Assembly (NCBI GenBank): GCA_963658905.1
Contig: CAVKSD010000001.1
Coordinates: 1-45,434, forward strand
From: Bacteroidaceae bacterium
Lineage (GTDB): Bacteria > Bacillota > Clostridia > Peptostreptococcales > Anaerovoracaceae
Direction: 5' to 3'
DNA length: 45,434 nucleotides
Part shown: positions 1 to 9,229 of the stretch, in pieces
Layout: each line of letters opens with the position of its first letter
Numbering within the stretch: position 1 is the stretch's first letter
The notes under the pieces: generated by a model
Seen by the model: the letters and a program-made list of their open reading frames with translations, nothing else
The model's database searches: none
What the model was told of the DNA's origin: nothing
Made by a program: the position numbers and the translations under genes

Positions 1-696
1 GGGTGCAGGATGGGTTGCCGATTCTGCGCCTCAACCATCGGCGGGCTGAAACGAAATCTTACCCCCGGCGAAATTGCAGGGCAGATACTGGCGGCACAAA
101 GGCAGACAGGAGAACGAATCAGCCATGTGGTGGTGATGGGAACGGGAGAACCTTTCGACAATTACAACAATTTGGCGGCGTTTATACGCATCATAAACGA
201 TCGTAAAGGGCTTGATATCGGAATGAGAAACATCACGGTTTCAACCTGCGGGCTTGTTCCGAAGATTTCGCAGTTTGCAGAGGATTTTCCCCAGGTAAAT
301 CTTGCAATCTCGCTTCATGCGGCAAATGACGAAATGCGAAGCGAAATCATGCCGGTAAACAAGACTTATCCGATGGAAACTTTGCTTGAGGCCTGCAGAA
401 AATATACGGAGAAAACTTCCCGCCGCATTACGTTTGAATATACATTGGTAAAGGGTGTCAATGACAGCATGGAACATGCAAAGATGCTTGCCTCAAGGCT
501 GCATGGCATGCTCTGCCATGTGAATCTGATTCCGCTTAACAAGGTGGAAGAAACCGGGTATGACACGACGGAACGCGGTGCTGTGATTAAATTTCAAAAA
601 GTACTGAACGAAAACGGGATTCCGGCAACGATCCGCCGGGAACTCGGCGACGATATTGACGCCGCCTGCGGTCAGCTGAGACTTTCCGAAAGCTAA
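1..696 (+). CDS. rlmN: 23S rRNA (adenine2503-C2)-methyltransferase RlmN, 5'-truncated by the window edge
   Basis: Frame from base 1 reads GCRMGCRFC (radical SAM CxxxCxxC); also VVMGTGEP, ISLHA, TFEYTL, VNLIPLN and C-terminal DIDAACGQL. Confidence 0.95.
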   Translation, partial: GCRMGCRFCASTIGGLKRNLTPGEIAGQILAAQRQTGERISHVVVMGTGEPFDNYNNLAAFIRIINDRKGLDIGMRNITVSTCGLVPKISQFAEDFPQVNLAISLHAANDEMRSEIMPVNKTYPMETLLEACRKYTEKTSRRITFEYTLVKGVNDSMEHAKMLASRLHGMLCHVNLIPLNKVEETGYDTTERGAVIKFQKVLNENGIPATIRRELGDDIDAACGQLRLSES

Positions 697-704
697 AAGG
701 AGGA

Positions 705-1325
705 ATGGCTATGGAATATATCGGAGATGTATTTTATGATTACGGCGGAGGCCTTTATATCAATATGACAAACAGGTGCCCCTGCAGATGTGCTTTCTGC
801 ATCCGTGACATGGTTGACTCACTTGGAGACGCAGACAGCTTGTGGCTGAAGCGGGAACCGAGCATGGAAGAACTGCTTGCGATGCTTAAGCAGCAAAATC
901 TTGCCGCATACAATGAGATTGTATTTTGCGGATACGGGGAACCGACGGAGCGGCTTGACTGTCTCCTGGCTGTCTGCGATTACGTGAAAAACGATCCGGT
1001 GCTGAAAGGCAGATTGAAGACGAGGCTGAACACCAACGGTTTATCCGATTTCATCAACAACAAACCGACGGCGCGTGAGTTTTCCGGCAGGCTGGACGCA
1101 ATTTCAATCAGCTTGAATGCACCCACCGCTGAAAAATACAATGAGTTATGCAGACCGAAATTCGGAATTAAGTCCTTCGACGAAATTCTGCGTTTCACGC
1201 AAGAGGTCAAGCAGTATGTGCCTAATGTGACAATGTCTGTGGTGAGCGGTTCGATTTCATCGCAGGATGTCGAGGAATGCCGCAAGACTGCGGCGAAACT
1301 TGGCGTCAAGTTTCGGGTGCGCTGA
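705..1325 (+). CDS. TatD-family-associated radical SAM protein
   Basis: YINMTNRCPCRCAFCIR, LWLKREP, EIVFCGYGEPT, RLNTNG, ISISLNAP motifs; 206 aa; AGGAGG RBS directly upstream (ATG at 711 is an alternative start). Confidence 0.85.
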   Translation: MAMEYIGDVFYDYGGGLYINMTNRCPCRCAFCIRDMVDSLGDADSLWLKREPSMEELLAMLKQQNLAAYNEIVFCGYGEPTERLDCLLAVCDYVKNDPVLKGRLKTRLNTNGLSDFINNKPTAREFSGRLDAISISLNAPTAEKYNELCRPKFGIKSFDEILRFTQEVKQYVPNVTMSVVSGSISSQDVEECRKTAAKLGVKFRVR

Positions 1326-1334
1326 TTCTTTCGA

Positions 1335-1486
1335 GTATAGACATCCTGATACAGCGGCATTTGCTCAAAATCGCGGCCGAGAAAGTCACGAATGCGGTCT
1401 AGCCGGTACTTTACCGTGTTGCGGTGCAGAAAGAGTAGCTCTGCTGTTCTTTTTACAGCTGTGAATTTTGACAGGACGTTTAGCAT
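1335..1486 (-). pseudogene. Remnant of a PucR/CdaR-family regulator (C-terminal HTH only)
   Basis: Minus-strand frame reads TAELLFLHRNTVKYRLDRIRDFLGRDFEQMPLYQDVY, the PucR C-terminal HTH signature; in-frame TAG 9 codons upstream of the ATG; the frame then runs into the antisense of the radical SAM gene. Confidence 0.75.
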
Positions 1487-1502
1487 GCGAAATTTAAATC
1501 GT

Positions 1503-1558
1503 ATAAAAACCTACACAGGGTGCAGCTTGCTAACCATGCAGACCACGCCCTGTTTTAT
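1503..1558. terminator. Probable bidirectional terminator between convergent genes
   Basis: Stem ACAGGGTG (1515-1522) / CGCCCTGT (1546-1553), with ATAAAA before and TTTTAT after. Confidence 0.45.
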
Positions 1559-1593
1559 GATCTAAAAAACTATGCAGAGAAAAGGGGGGATTC

Positions 1594-3183
1594 TCAATAC
1601 TTATTCCGCACATCCAGCGCTTCCACAAGCTTGATCTTGGGATGCTTTTCGGTGAAATATTGCAGGGTAAATTGATTTGCAAATAATATTATCGGACGCT
1701 TGAAATGGTCAAAGACCAGCATCTGCCTTGAATCCAGCACATCTTTCACGGCATCGACATTATCCGTATCCAGCCATCTTGCGATGCTGAAATCAAGGCG
1801 ATCCATGCGAACCGCAGCATTGTATTCATTTTTCAGCCGATATTCAAATACCTCGAACTGGAGCTGCCCAACGGCGCCGATAACCACCTCGTTGTACTGA
1901 TTTCTATAGACCTGAACCGCGCCTTCCTGAGCCAGCTGATCAACACCCTTTTGGAACTGCTTTGCTTTCATTGTGTCCTTTGGCATTACAAGACAGAAAA
2001 GCTCCGGCGGGAAGGTCGGAAGCGGCTCGAAAAACAGCGGCTCCTTTGTGGTGGTCAGCGTATCACCGATCTGGTAATTTCCCGTGTCGTAAATTCCGAT
2101 GATGTCTCCTGCAATGGCGGTATCCACCGTCTCACGCTCGTTTGCCATGAGCATGGTGGATTGGGTAAGCTTCATTTCCTTTCCGGTCCTTGAAAGGCGA
2201 ACGCTCATCCCGCGCTCAAAGGTTCCCGAGCAGACCCGAAGAAAGGCAAGCCTGTCTCTGTGAGCAGGATTCATGTTCGCCTGTATCTTAAAGATAAATC
2301 CGCTGAAGAAATCATCCGTAGGCTTAACTTCACCATCCAAGGTCTTGCGGGGGCCGGGAGCCGGTGACATCTCAAGGAAATGCTCAAGGAACGGTATAGT
2401 CCCGAAGTCTGCCAGCGCCGAGCCGAAGAAAACGGGGGAGAGCTTCCCTCTTGCGATAAGCTCCTCGTCAAACTCGTTTCCCGCACCCTGTATAAGCTCG
2501 ATTTCATCCCGCAGAGCCGACAGATTGTATCCTGCAATCTCATCATCAAGTTCCGGACCGAACACGCCCTCATCACCCAGCGAAATCGTCTTTGTGTGTT
2601 TTCCTGCCTTATAGAGGTGAACCTCGTTTTTGAGCAAATCATAAATCCCCTCGAAGTTCATGCCGCTGCCGATGGGCCATGTCACGGGCACCGATGGAAG
2701 CCCCAGCACATCTTCCAGCTCCTGAACGAGGTCAAAAGGCTCCTTCGTTTCTCTGTCCAGCTTGTTTATAAATGTAAAAATGGGAATGCCACGCATCGAG
2801 CAGACCTTGAAAAGCTTTTTCGTCTGGGCTTCAATACCCTTTGCACCGTCGATAACCATAACCGCGCTGTCCACCGAGGTCAAAATACGGTAGGTGTCCT
2901 CACCGAAATCGTTGTGACCGGGGGTGTCCATGATGGAAATTTTCTTGCCTGCGTATTCAAACTGCATAACCGAGGAGGTAACGGAAATTCCTCTCTGCTT
3001 TTCAATTTCCATCCAGTCGGAGGTGGCGAATTTGCTGTTTCTCCGAGCCTTTACGGTTCCCGCCTCGCGAATTGCGCCGCCGTGCAAAAGCAGCTTTTCC
3101 GTCAGGGTGGTCTTGCCCGCGTCCGGGTGGGAAATTACCCCAAAAATTCTTCTTGATTCTATTTCTTCAAATCTTGTAGCCAT
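1594..3183 (-). CDS. prfC: Peptide chain release factor 3
   Basis: ISHPDAGKTTLTEKLLL, SDWMEIEKQRGISVTSSVMQF, DTPGH, NKLD, FKIQANMNPAHRDR, GAVGQLQFEV; 529 aa. Confidence 0.97.
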   Translation of the reverse strand: MATRFEEIESRRIFGVISHPDAGKTTLTEKLLLHGGAIREAGTVKARRNSKFATSDWMEIEKQRGISVTSSVMQFEYAGKKISIMDTPGHNDFGEDTYRILTSVDSAVMVIDGAKGIEAQTKKLFKVCSMRGIPIFTFINKLDRETKEPFDLVQELEDVLGLPSVPVTWPIGSGMNFEGIYDLLKNEVHLYKAGKHTKTISLGDEGVFGPELDDEIAGYNLSALRDEIELIQGAGNEFDEELIARGKLSPVFFGSALADFGTIPFLEHFLEMSPAPGPRKTLDGEVKPTDDFFSGFIFKIQANMNPAHRDRLAFLRVCSGTFERGMSVRLSRTGKEMKLTQSTMLMANERETVDTAIAGDIIGIYDTGNYQIGDTLTTTKEPLFFEPLPTFPPELFCLVMPKDTMKAKQFQKGVDQLAQEGAVQVYRNQYNEVVIGAVGQLQFEVFEYRLKNEYNAAVRMDRLDFSIARWLDTDNVDAVKDVLDSRQMLVFDHFKRPIILFANQFTLQYFTEKHPKIKLVEALDVRNKY

Positions 3184-3288
3184 AAATTATCCTTTCAAAA
3201 TAAAATGCAAGCTTCGGTATATCAGCGCTAATATTCAATCGCTGAATATAATCACCAAAACTTCACAAGGAATATAATATCATAAATC

Positions 3289-3317
3289 TTGAATTTGTAA
3301 ACCTGCTGTTATATAAT
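3289..3317 (+). promoter_or_regulatory. Putative sigma-A promoter of the MATE gene
   Basis: TTGAAT-17 nt-TATAAT. Confidence 0.5.
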
Positions 3318-3374
3318 ATTTTTTTGTATTTAAGGAGAAATAAATAAAAAAGAGAAGAAAAGTAAGAGGTAAGG

Positions 3375-4760
3375 ATGGAAGAAAGAGAAAAATTAAATGA
3401 AATGGAAGAAAAAGAACGAATAAACAAGATGGGAGTCATGCCGATAAAAAAATTGCTACTTAATATGGCGTGGCCTGCGATTTTGTCCATGACCATATCC
3501 GCAATGTACAATGTGGTAGACAGCATTTTCGTTGCCCAGATAAGCGAGGACGCCCTTACGGCGGTTTCAATCGTAAACCCGATCCAGATGCTTATCATCG
3601 CCCTTTCCGTAGGCAGCGGGGTAGGTATCAACTCGCTGATAGCAAGAAAACTGGGAGCGAAGAAACAGGCAGAGGCGGATCAGGCGGCAAGCACCGGACT
3701 TAGAATCGGTTTACTGAACTATCTGGTATTTCTGGTAATAGGGGTTTTCTTTACCGGAATTTTCGTTTCGAGCTACGCCGAAAAAGGAACTTACATATAT
3801 GACGAGGCGGTAAAATACATGGCAATCGTATGTATCGGCTCGCTTTTCCTCAACGTTCAGGTGGTATTTGAAAAAATTCTGCAAGCCACGGGCAATATGG
3901 TGGGTCCGATGATTTGCAGCCTTACAGGGGCGGTAGTCAATGTAATCTTAGACCCGATACTCATCTTCGGGCTTCTGGGAGCGCCGGAAATGGGCGTTGC
4001 GGGGGCGGCGATTGCAACGGTAATCGGACAGCTTTGCGGAATGACTGTGGGTGCTGTCATCACATTCAGGGGCGACCATCTGGTTACCCTTACAATAAGA
4101 GGATTCAAGGTGGATTGGAAAATCGTAGCGGACATATACAAGGTGGGTTTGCCGTCAATCGTAATGCAGTCAATCGGCTCCGCAATGATAATTTTCTACA
4201 ACAGGATTCTGGTTGACTTCTCAACAACTGCGGTGGCGGTGCTGGGAGTATATTTCAAGATTCAATCCTTTGTGTTCATGCCGGTGTTCGGGCTTAACCA
4301 AGGTGCGATGCCGATTATCGGCTATAACTACGGCGCAAGGGACAAGGCAAGACTCATGGAAGCCTACAAGGAGGCGCTGAAAGTTGCCCTGGTGGTAATG
4401 ACGCTGGGAACGCTTCTTTTCCAGCTTCTCCCGACTCAGCTTTTGCAGATGTTCAAGGCTTCGGAGGAAATGCTCAGAATCGGAGTGCCGGCACTGAGAA
4501 TCATAAGCATTTGCTTCATTCCGGCGGCTTTCGGCATCATCACCGGAACACTTTTCCAAGGAACGGGGCACGGTGTCTACAGCCTGTTCTGCTCGCTCAT
4601 AAGGCAGCTTATCGGCATACTTCCGCTGGCATATATCCTGATTAGAATCGGCGGAGTAACCCTCTCATGGGCGTCATTCCCACTTGCCGAAATTTTGGGT
4701 CTTGCCTACAGCGCAATCATGCTGCGACATCTATATAAAAAAGAAATCGAAAATTTGTAA
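3375..4760 (+). CDS. MATE-family efflux transporter
   Basis: MYNVVDSIFV, NVILDPILIFG...MGVAGAAIATVIGQ, QGAMPIIGYNYGA; about 12 hydrophobic segments. Confidence 0.93.
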   Translation: MEEREKLNEMEEKERINKMGVMPIKKLLLNMAWPAILSMTISAMYNVVDSIFVAQISEDALTAVSIVNPIQMLIIALSVGSGVGINSLIARKLGAKKQAEADQAASTGLRIGLLNYLVFLVIGVFFTGIFVSSYAEKGTYIYDEAVKYMAIVCIGSLFLNVQVVFEKILQATGNMVGPMICSLTGAVVNVILDPILIFGLLGAPEMGVAGAAIATVIGQLCGMTVGAVITFRGDHLVTLTIRGFKVDWKIVADIYKVGLPSIVMQSIGSAMIIFYNRILVDFSTTAVAVLGVYFKIQSFVFMPVFGLNQGAMPIIGYNYGARDKARLMEAYKEALKVALVVMTLGTLLFQLLPTQLLQMFKASEEMLRIGVPALRIISICFIPAAFGIITGTLFQGTGHGVYSLFCSLIRQLIGILPLAYILIRIGGVTLSWASFPLAEILGLAYSAIMLRHLYKKEIENL

Positions 4761-4765
4761 AAATT

Positions 4766-4790
4766 GCAGCCGCGAAAGCGGCTGTTTTGT
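4766..4790 (+). terminator. Rho-independent terminator
   Basis: GCAGCCGC-GAAA-GCGGCTGT followed by TTTGT. Confidence 0.8.
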
Positions 4791-4903
4791 GCTTTTTACA
4801 AAATATTTAGCAGAGATTTAACGGCTTTCGGTGTTAAAATTAACTTGTCAAGGAGTATATTTTTCTGTATATGACATGACATACTGACAAGGAAGTGGCA
4901 AAA

Positions 4904-7900
4904 ATGAGACTTGGAATTGATGTTGGCTCAACAACGGTAAAGTTAGTTTTAATCGACGAAAAAGGAGAAATCGTTTATAGCAGGTACGAACGGCATATGT
5001 CCAGCGTTTTCAGCAAGGTCAGCGAGCTTTTAGCGGAACTTTGCAAGGAAAAAGGAAATATCACGGTACGCCCTGTAATCACAGGCTCCGGAGGACTTTC
5101 TCTCGCGGACAGAATCGGCGCAAAATTCGAGCAGGAGGTTGTTACCTGCTCCCTTGCGGTGCAAAAACTCATACCGGAGACGGATGTGGTGATAGAACTT
5201 GGCGGTGAGGACGCAAAGATTACATATTTCGGAAGCACAGTTGAGCAGAGGATGAACGGAACCTGCGCCGGCGGCACGGGAGCCTTCATCGATCAAATGG
5301 CAATTCTTTTAAATACAGACGCTTCGGGACTCAACGAGGCGGCAAAGAACTACAAGCTAATCTATCCTATAGCGGCGCGCTGCGGAGTTTTCGCAAAGAC
5401 GGACATTCAGCCTCTCATAAACGAGGGGGCGCCTGTTGAAAATCTTGCGGCGTCAATCTTTCAGGCTGTGGTAAACCAGACCATAAGCGGTCTTGCCTGC
5501 GGACACAAGATAAAAGGAAACGTTGCTTTCCTCGGAGGCCCGCTGACCTATCTTTCGGAACTTAGAAAAAGATTTGCAGAAACCCTTGAGCTTTCGCCGG
5601 AGGAAGTGATTTTCCCGGAAAACTCAAAATATTTTGTTGCCATCGGTGCGGCATATATGGCAGACGGCGAGCCGGAAATCTCTCTGGGCGAGCTTTTGAA
5701 CAGGGTAAACAGTGCGGAGTCCCAGGCGGGACTTTCCACAAAACACGTGGAGCCGCTGTTTGCAAATGAGGCAGAGTACGAGGCTTTCCGCGAAAGACAC
5801 GAAAAGGCAAAGATACGCCGCAGGGAAATCAGTGAATGCAAAGGCCCGCTTTTCCTTGGAATCGACGCAGGTTCCACCACCACAAAGGCGGCGCTTATCG
5901 ACGGCGACAAGAACCTTGTCTATTCTTTCTACAAAAATAACGAGGGAAATCCTATAGAATCCACAAAAATCATGCTGGGGGAACTTTATAAAAAGCTCCC
6001 TCATGGCGCATACATTGCAAACACCACGGTAACAGGCTACGGCGAGGGACTCATCCAAGCCGGTTTCAGGGCAGATTACGGCATAATCGAAACCATGGCT
6101 CACTACAAGGCGGCGGAGGAATTTCTGCCGGGAGTTGATTTTATCTTGGACATCGGCGGGCAGGACATGAAATGCATGAGGATCAAAGACCATGCAATTT
6201 ATAGCATCATGCTCAACGAAGCCTGTTCTTCCGGCTGCGGTTCTTTTATCGAAACCTACGCAAAATCGGTAGATATGCCTGTTGAGGAATTTGCACGGGT
6301 GGGTCTTCTTTCCCAAAATCCTGTAGACCTCGGTACAAGATGCACCGTATTCATGAACTCCATGGTAAAACAGGCACAAAAAGAAGGCGCGAGCATCGGT
6401 GATATCGCCGCGGGGCTTTCATATTCCGTCATCAAAAACGCCTTATACAAGGTTATCAAGCTGAGAAATCCCGATGAAGCGGGAGAAAAAATCGTGGTGC
6501 AGGGAGGAACTTTCCTCAATGAATCCGTCCTCAGGGCAATCGAAAAGGTTCTCGGCAAAGAGGTGGTAAGACCTGATATCGCAGGAATCATGGGAGCTTA
6601 CGGCTGCGCTCTTAACTCAAGAAACGAGTGGGAGGAGGGGCACAAATCCTCTATTATTTCCTCTGCGGAGGTGGAAAACTTCGGCGGAAAGAGCAGCAAC
6701 ACAAGATGTAACGGCTGTGAAAACCGCTGTATGCTTACCGTCACCAAATTCAGCGACAACGAAAGATACATAACGGGCAACCGCTGCGAAAAGGGAAGCG
6801 GCAAAAAAGCCGCCGCAAACGCGCTGCCGGATCTTTACGAATATAAACTAAAACGGCTCTTTAGCTATGAGCCTCTTTCCGCGGAGGAGGCAAGGCGCGG
6901 AAGCGTTGCACTGCCAAGGGTTCTGAATATGTACGAGGACTATCCGTTCTGGTTTACATTCTTCACGGAGCTTGGATATAGGGTCGTGCTTTCGCCTATG
7001 TCCACAAAGGAGCTTTACGAAAAGGGAATCGACAGCATTTCCTCGGATACGGCTTGTTACCCGGCAAAACTGGTTCACGGACATATCAAGACATTGGTAG
7101 AGATGGGAGAAAAATGGATTTTCTATCCTTGCATAAACTACGAGCAGGTGGAGGATAAAAAAGCCCAAAACCATTATAACTGCCCGATCGTAGCCACATA
7201 TCCGGAGGTGATCGCAAACAATATGAGCGATTTGTTTGCGGAAAAAGGCGTGGAATTTTCACATCCGTTTGTTCCGTATGATAACGACGAACGCCTTGCA
7301 AAACGTATGCACGAAATTTTGAAAGAAAAGGGAATTTCCAAGGGCGAAATCGAAAAGGCAATTCGCGCCGCAAGAAGCGAGCAGCTTGCATTCAAGAAAG
7401 ATGTGCAAAGCGAGGGACAAAAGGCCCTTGAATTTGCAAAAAAACGCGGCAAGAAAGCCATTATTCTCGCCGGAAGACCTTATCACCTAGACACGGAAAT
7501 CAACCATGGCATCAACAAGATGATTACATCTTTTGACATGGTGGTGCTCTCAGAGGATTCGGTATGCCACTTGGGAGATTTGCCAAGACCTATCAGGGTT
7601 TTGGATCAGTGGGTTTACCATTCGAGGCTCTACAAGGCGGCAGACTTTGCCGGCAGAGCAGACGGCGTGGAGATGGTGCAGCTCAACTCTTTCGGATGCG
7701 GCGTCGACGCGGTTACAACGGACGAGGTGGAGGAGATCCTCGAAAATTCCAACAAGCTTTATACGGTCCTCAAGATAGATGAGGGCAACAACTTAGGTGC
7801 GATTAGAATCAGAATCCGCTCCCTCAAGGCAGCCATGGAAGAACGGGATAAGAACGGCATAAAAGCAAAGCATTCCCAGAAAGCCTTTGAAAGAAAGCTT

Positions 7901-9160
7901 TTCACCAAGGAAATGCGCCAGAATTATACGCTGCTGGTACCGCAGATGTCTCCTGTGCACTTCCAGTATCTGGAGGTAGCCCTGAAGGCGAGCGGCTACA
8001 ATGCGGTAGTTATTCCGACGGTGGATAAGCACGCCATCGACGAGGGCCTCAAGTATGTAAATAACGATGCTTGCTATCCAACTCTTGTTACTCTCGGCAA
8101 GATGATAAGCGCGCTAAAATCCGGCGACTATGACCTTGACAGGACGGCGCTTGTGATGTCGCAGACCGGGGGAGGCTGCAGGGCAAGCAATTATATCGCG
8201 CTCCTGAGAAAGGCTCTCAAAGACCTGAACATGGAGCAGATTCCGGTGGTATCATTCAACATGGTGGGACTTGAGGCCAATCCGGGCTTCAAGATCGATG
8301 CGGATATGGCAAGACGTCTTGTGATGGCGGCTGTTTATGGCGATCTTTTCCAGAGGCTTATCTACGCCACAAGACCGTATGAGCAGGTGCAAGGCTCGGC
8401 AGAGGCGATAATGAAGAAGTACGAGGCGGAGATCTTCCAAAACTGCAGAGACGGCAAGATGAATACATACAAAAGGCTCATCCCGAAAATCGTTGAAGAA
8501 TACGACAATCTGCCGCGGAGAGACATACAAAAGCCAAAAGTCGGAGTCGTTGGCGAAATTTTGGTAAAATATCATCCTGATGCAAATAATAACATCGTAG
8601 ACATCATCGAAAAAGAAGGCGGCGAAGCGGTGGTGTTGGATTTGATCGACTTTTTCCTCTACGGAATGTACAGCAAAAAATTCAACTACGAAAAGCTTTC
8701 CGGCTCGTACAAACAATATAAGCTGAATCAGGCGGGAATCGCTCTGGTTGAATGGTTCAGAAAACCGATGCGAAAGGCTCTCAGAGAAAGCAAGCGTTTC
8801 ACGGAGCCGGGGTACATAGAAAAAACCGCCGAGGAGGCTTCTGCCATAGCTTCCGTTGGAAATCAATGCGGCGAGGGCTGGCTTCTCACCGGAGAAATGA
8901 TCGAGCTGATAAAGAACGGCGTGCCGAATATCGCCTGCTTGCAGCCATTCGCTTGCCTGCCGAACCATGTTACGGGCAAGGGCATGATGAAAGCCATCCG
9001 AGAGCGTTTTCCGAGTGCAAACATCGTAGCCATCGACTACGATCCGGGAGCAAGCAACGTGAACCAGCTTAACCGAATCAAGCTTATGATGGCAACCGCT
9101 CACAAGAATCTCGAAGCCGAAATCACCGAAAATGCGGAAAGCGACAAACAAACCTCTTGA
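4904..9160 (+). CDS. Large 2-hydroxyacyl-CoA dehydratase activase-like fusion (two ASKHA/BadF-type ATPase domains, a DUF2229-type region and a dehydratase-like C-terminus)
   Basis: GIDVGSTTVK and GIDAGSTTTK, ELGGEDAK and DIGGQDMK, MNGTCAGGTG and NEACSSGCG, RCGVF and RCTVF, CNGCENRC, YVNNDACYP, QTGGGCRASNY, QPFACLPNH; ATG 4904 fits the AAGGA RBS better than GTG 4895. Confidence 0.85.
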   Translation: MRLGIDVGSTTVKLVLIDEKGEIVYSRYERHMSSVFSKVSELLAELCKEKGNITVRPVITGSGGLSLADRIGAKFEQEVVTCSLAVQKLIPETDVVIELGGEDAKITYFGSTVEQRMNGTCAGGTGAFIDQMAILLNTDASGLNEAAKNYKLIYPIAARCGVFAKTDIQPLINEGAPVENLAASIFQAVVNQTISGLACGHKIKGNVAFLGGPLTYLSELRKRFAETLELSPEEVIFPENSKYFVAIGAAYMADGEPEISLGELLNRVNSAESQAGLSTKHVEPLFANEAEYEAFRERHEKAKIRRREISECKGPLFLGIDAGSTTTKAALIDGDKNLVYSFYKNNEGNPIESTKIMLGELYKKLPHGAYIANTTVTGYGEGLIQAGFRADYGIIETMAHYKAAEEFLPGVDFILDIGGQDMKCMRIKDHAIYSIMLNEACSSGCGSFIETYAKSVDMPVEEFARVGLLSQNPVDLGTRCTVFMNSMVKQAQKEGASIGDIAAGLSYSVIKNALYKVIKLRNPDEAGEKIVVQGGTFLNESVLRAIEKVLGKEVVRPDIAGIMGAYGCALNSRNEWEEGHKSSIISSAEVENFGGKSSNTRCNGCENRCMLTVTKFSDNERYITGNRCEKGSGKKAAANALPDLYEYKLKRLFSYEPLSAEEARRGSVALPRVLNMYEDYPFWFTFFTELGYRVVLSPMSTKELYEKGIDSISSDTACYPAKLVHGHIKTLVEMGEKWIFYPCINYEQVEDKKAQNHYNCPIVATYPEVIANNMSDLFAEKGVEFSHPFVPYDNDERLAKRMHEILKEKGISKGEIEKAIRAARSEQLAFKKDVQSEGQKALEFAKKRGKKAIILAGRPYHLDTEINHGINKMITSFDMVVLSEDSVCHLGDLPRPIRVLDQWVYHSRLYKAADFAGRADGVEMVQLNSFGCGVDAVTTDEVEEILENSNKLYTVLKIDEGNNLGAIRIRIRSLKAAMEERDKNGIKAKHSQKAFERKLFTKEMRQNYTLLVPQMSPVHFQYLEVALKASGYNAVVIPTVDKHAIDEGLKYVNNDACYPTLVTLGKMISALKSGDYDLDRTALVMSQTGGGCRASNYIALLRKALKDLNMEQIPVVSFNMVGLEANPGFKIDADMARRLVMAAVYGDLFQRLIYATRPYEQVQGSAEAIMKKYEAEIFQNCRDGKMNTYKRLIPKIVEEYDNLPRRDIQKPKVGVVGEILVKYHPDANNNIVDIIEKEGGEAVVLDLIDFFLYGMYSKKFNYEKLSGSYKQYKLNQAGIALVEWFRKPMRKALRESKRFTEPGYIEKTAEEASAIASVGNQCGEGWLLTGEMIELIKNGVPNIACLQPFACLPNHVTGKGMMKAIRERFPSANIVAIDYDPGASNVNQLNRIKLMMATAHKNLEAEITENAESDKQTS

Positions 9161-9185
9161 AACCGCGCCGGAACAGTGGTATAAT
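9157..9185 (+). promoter_or_regulatory. Sigma-A promoter of the yebC-family gene
   Basis: TTGAAA-17 nt-TATAAT with extended -10 TG; the -35 box overlaps the upstream stop codon. Confidence 0.7.
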
Positions 9186-9229
9186 GTCTTGGTTACAAGA
9201 CAAAATCAAAGAGGTTAGGAGGTGTCTCC

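Noticed and set aside
980..1334. 168-aa minus-strand ORF 980..1486 as a real gene
   Set aside because: Only the first ~50 aa are HTH-like; the rest is the antisense of the radical SAM gene
2380..3156. 258-aa + strand ORF
   Set aside because: Antisense shadow of prfC with no motifs
8252..9151. 299-aa minus-strand ORF (and 5624..6379)
   Set aside because: Shadow frames of the activase fusion, expected from codon bias
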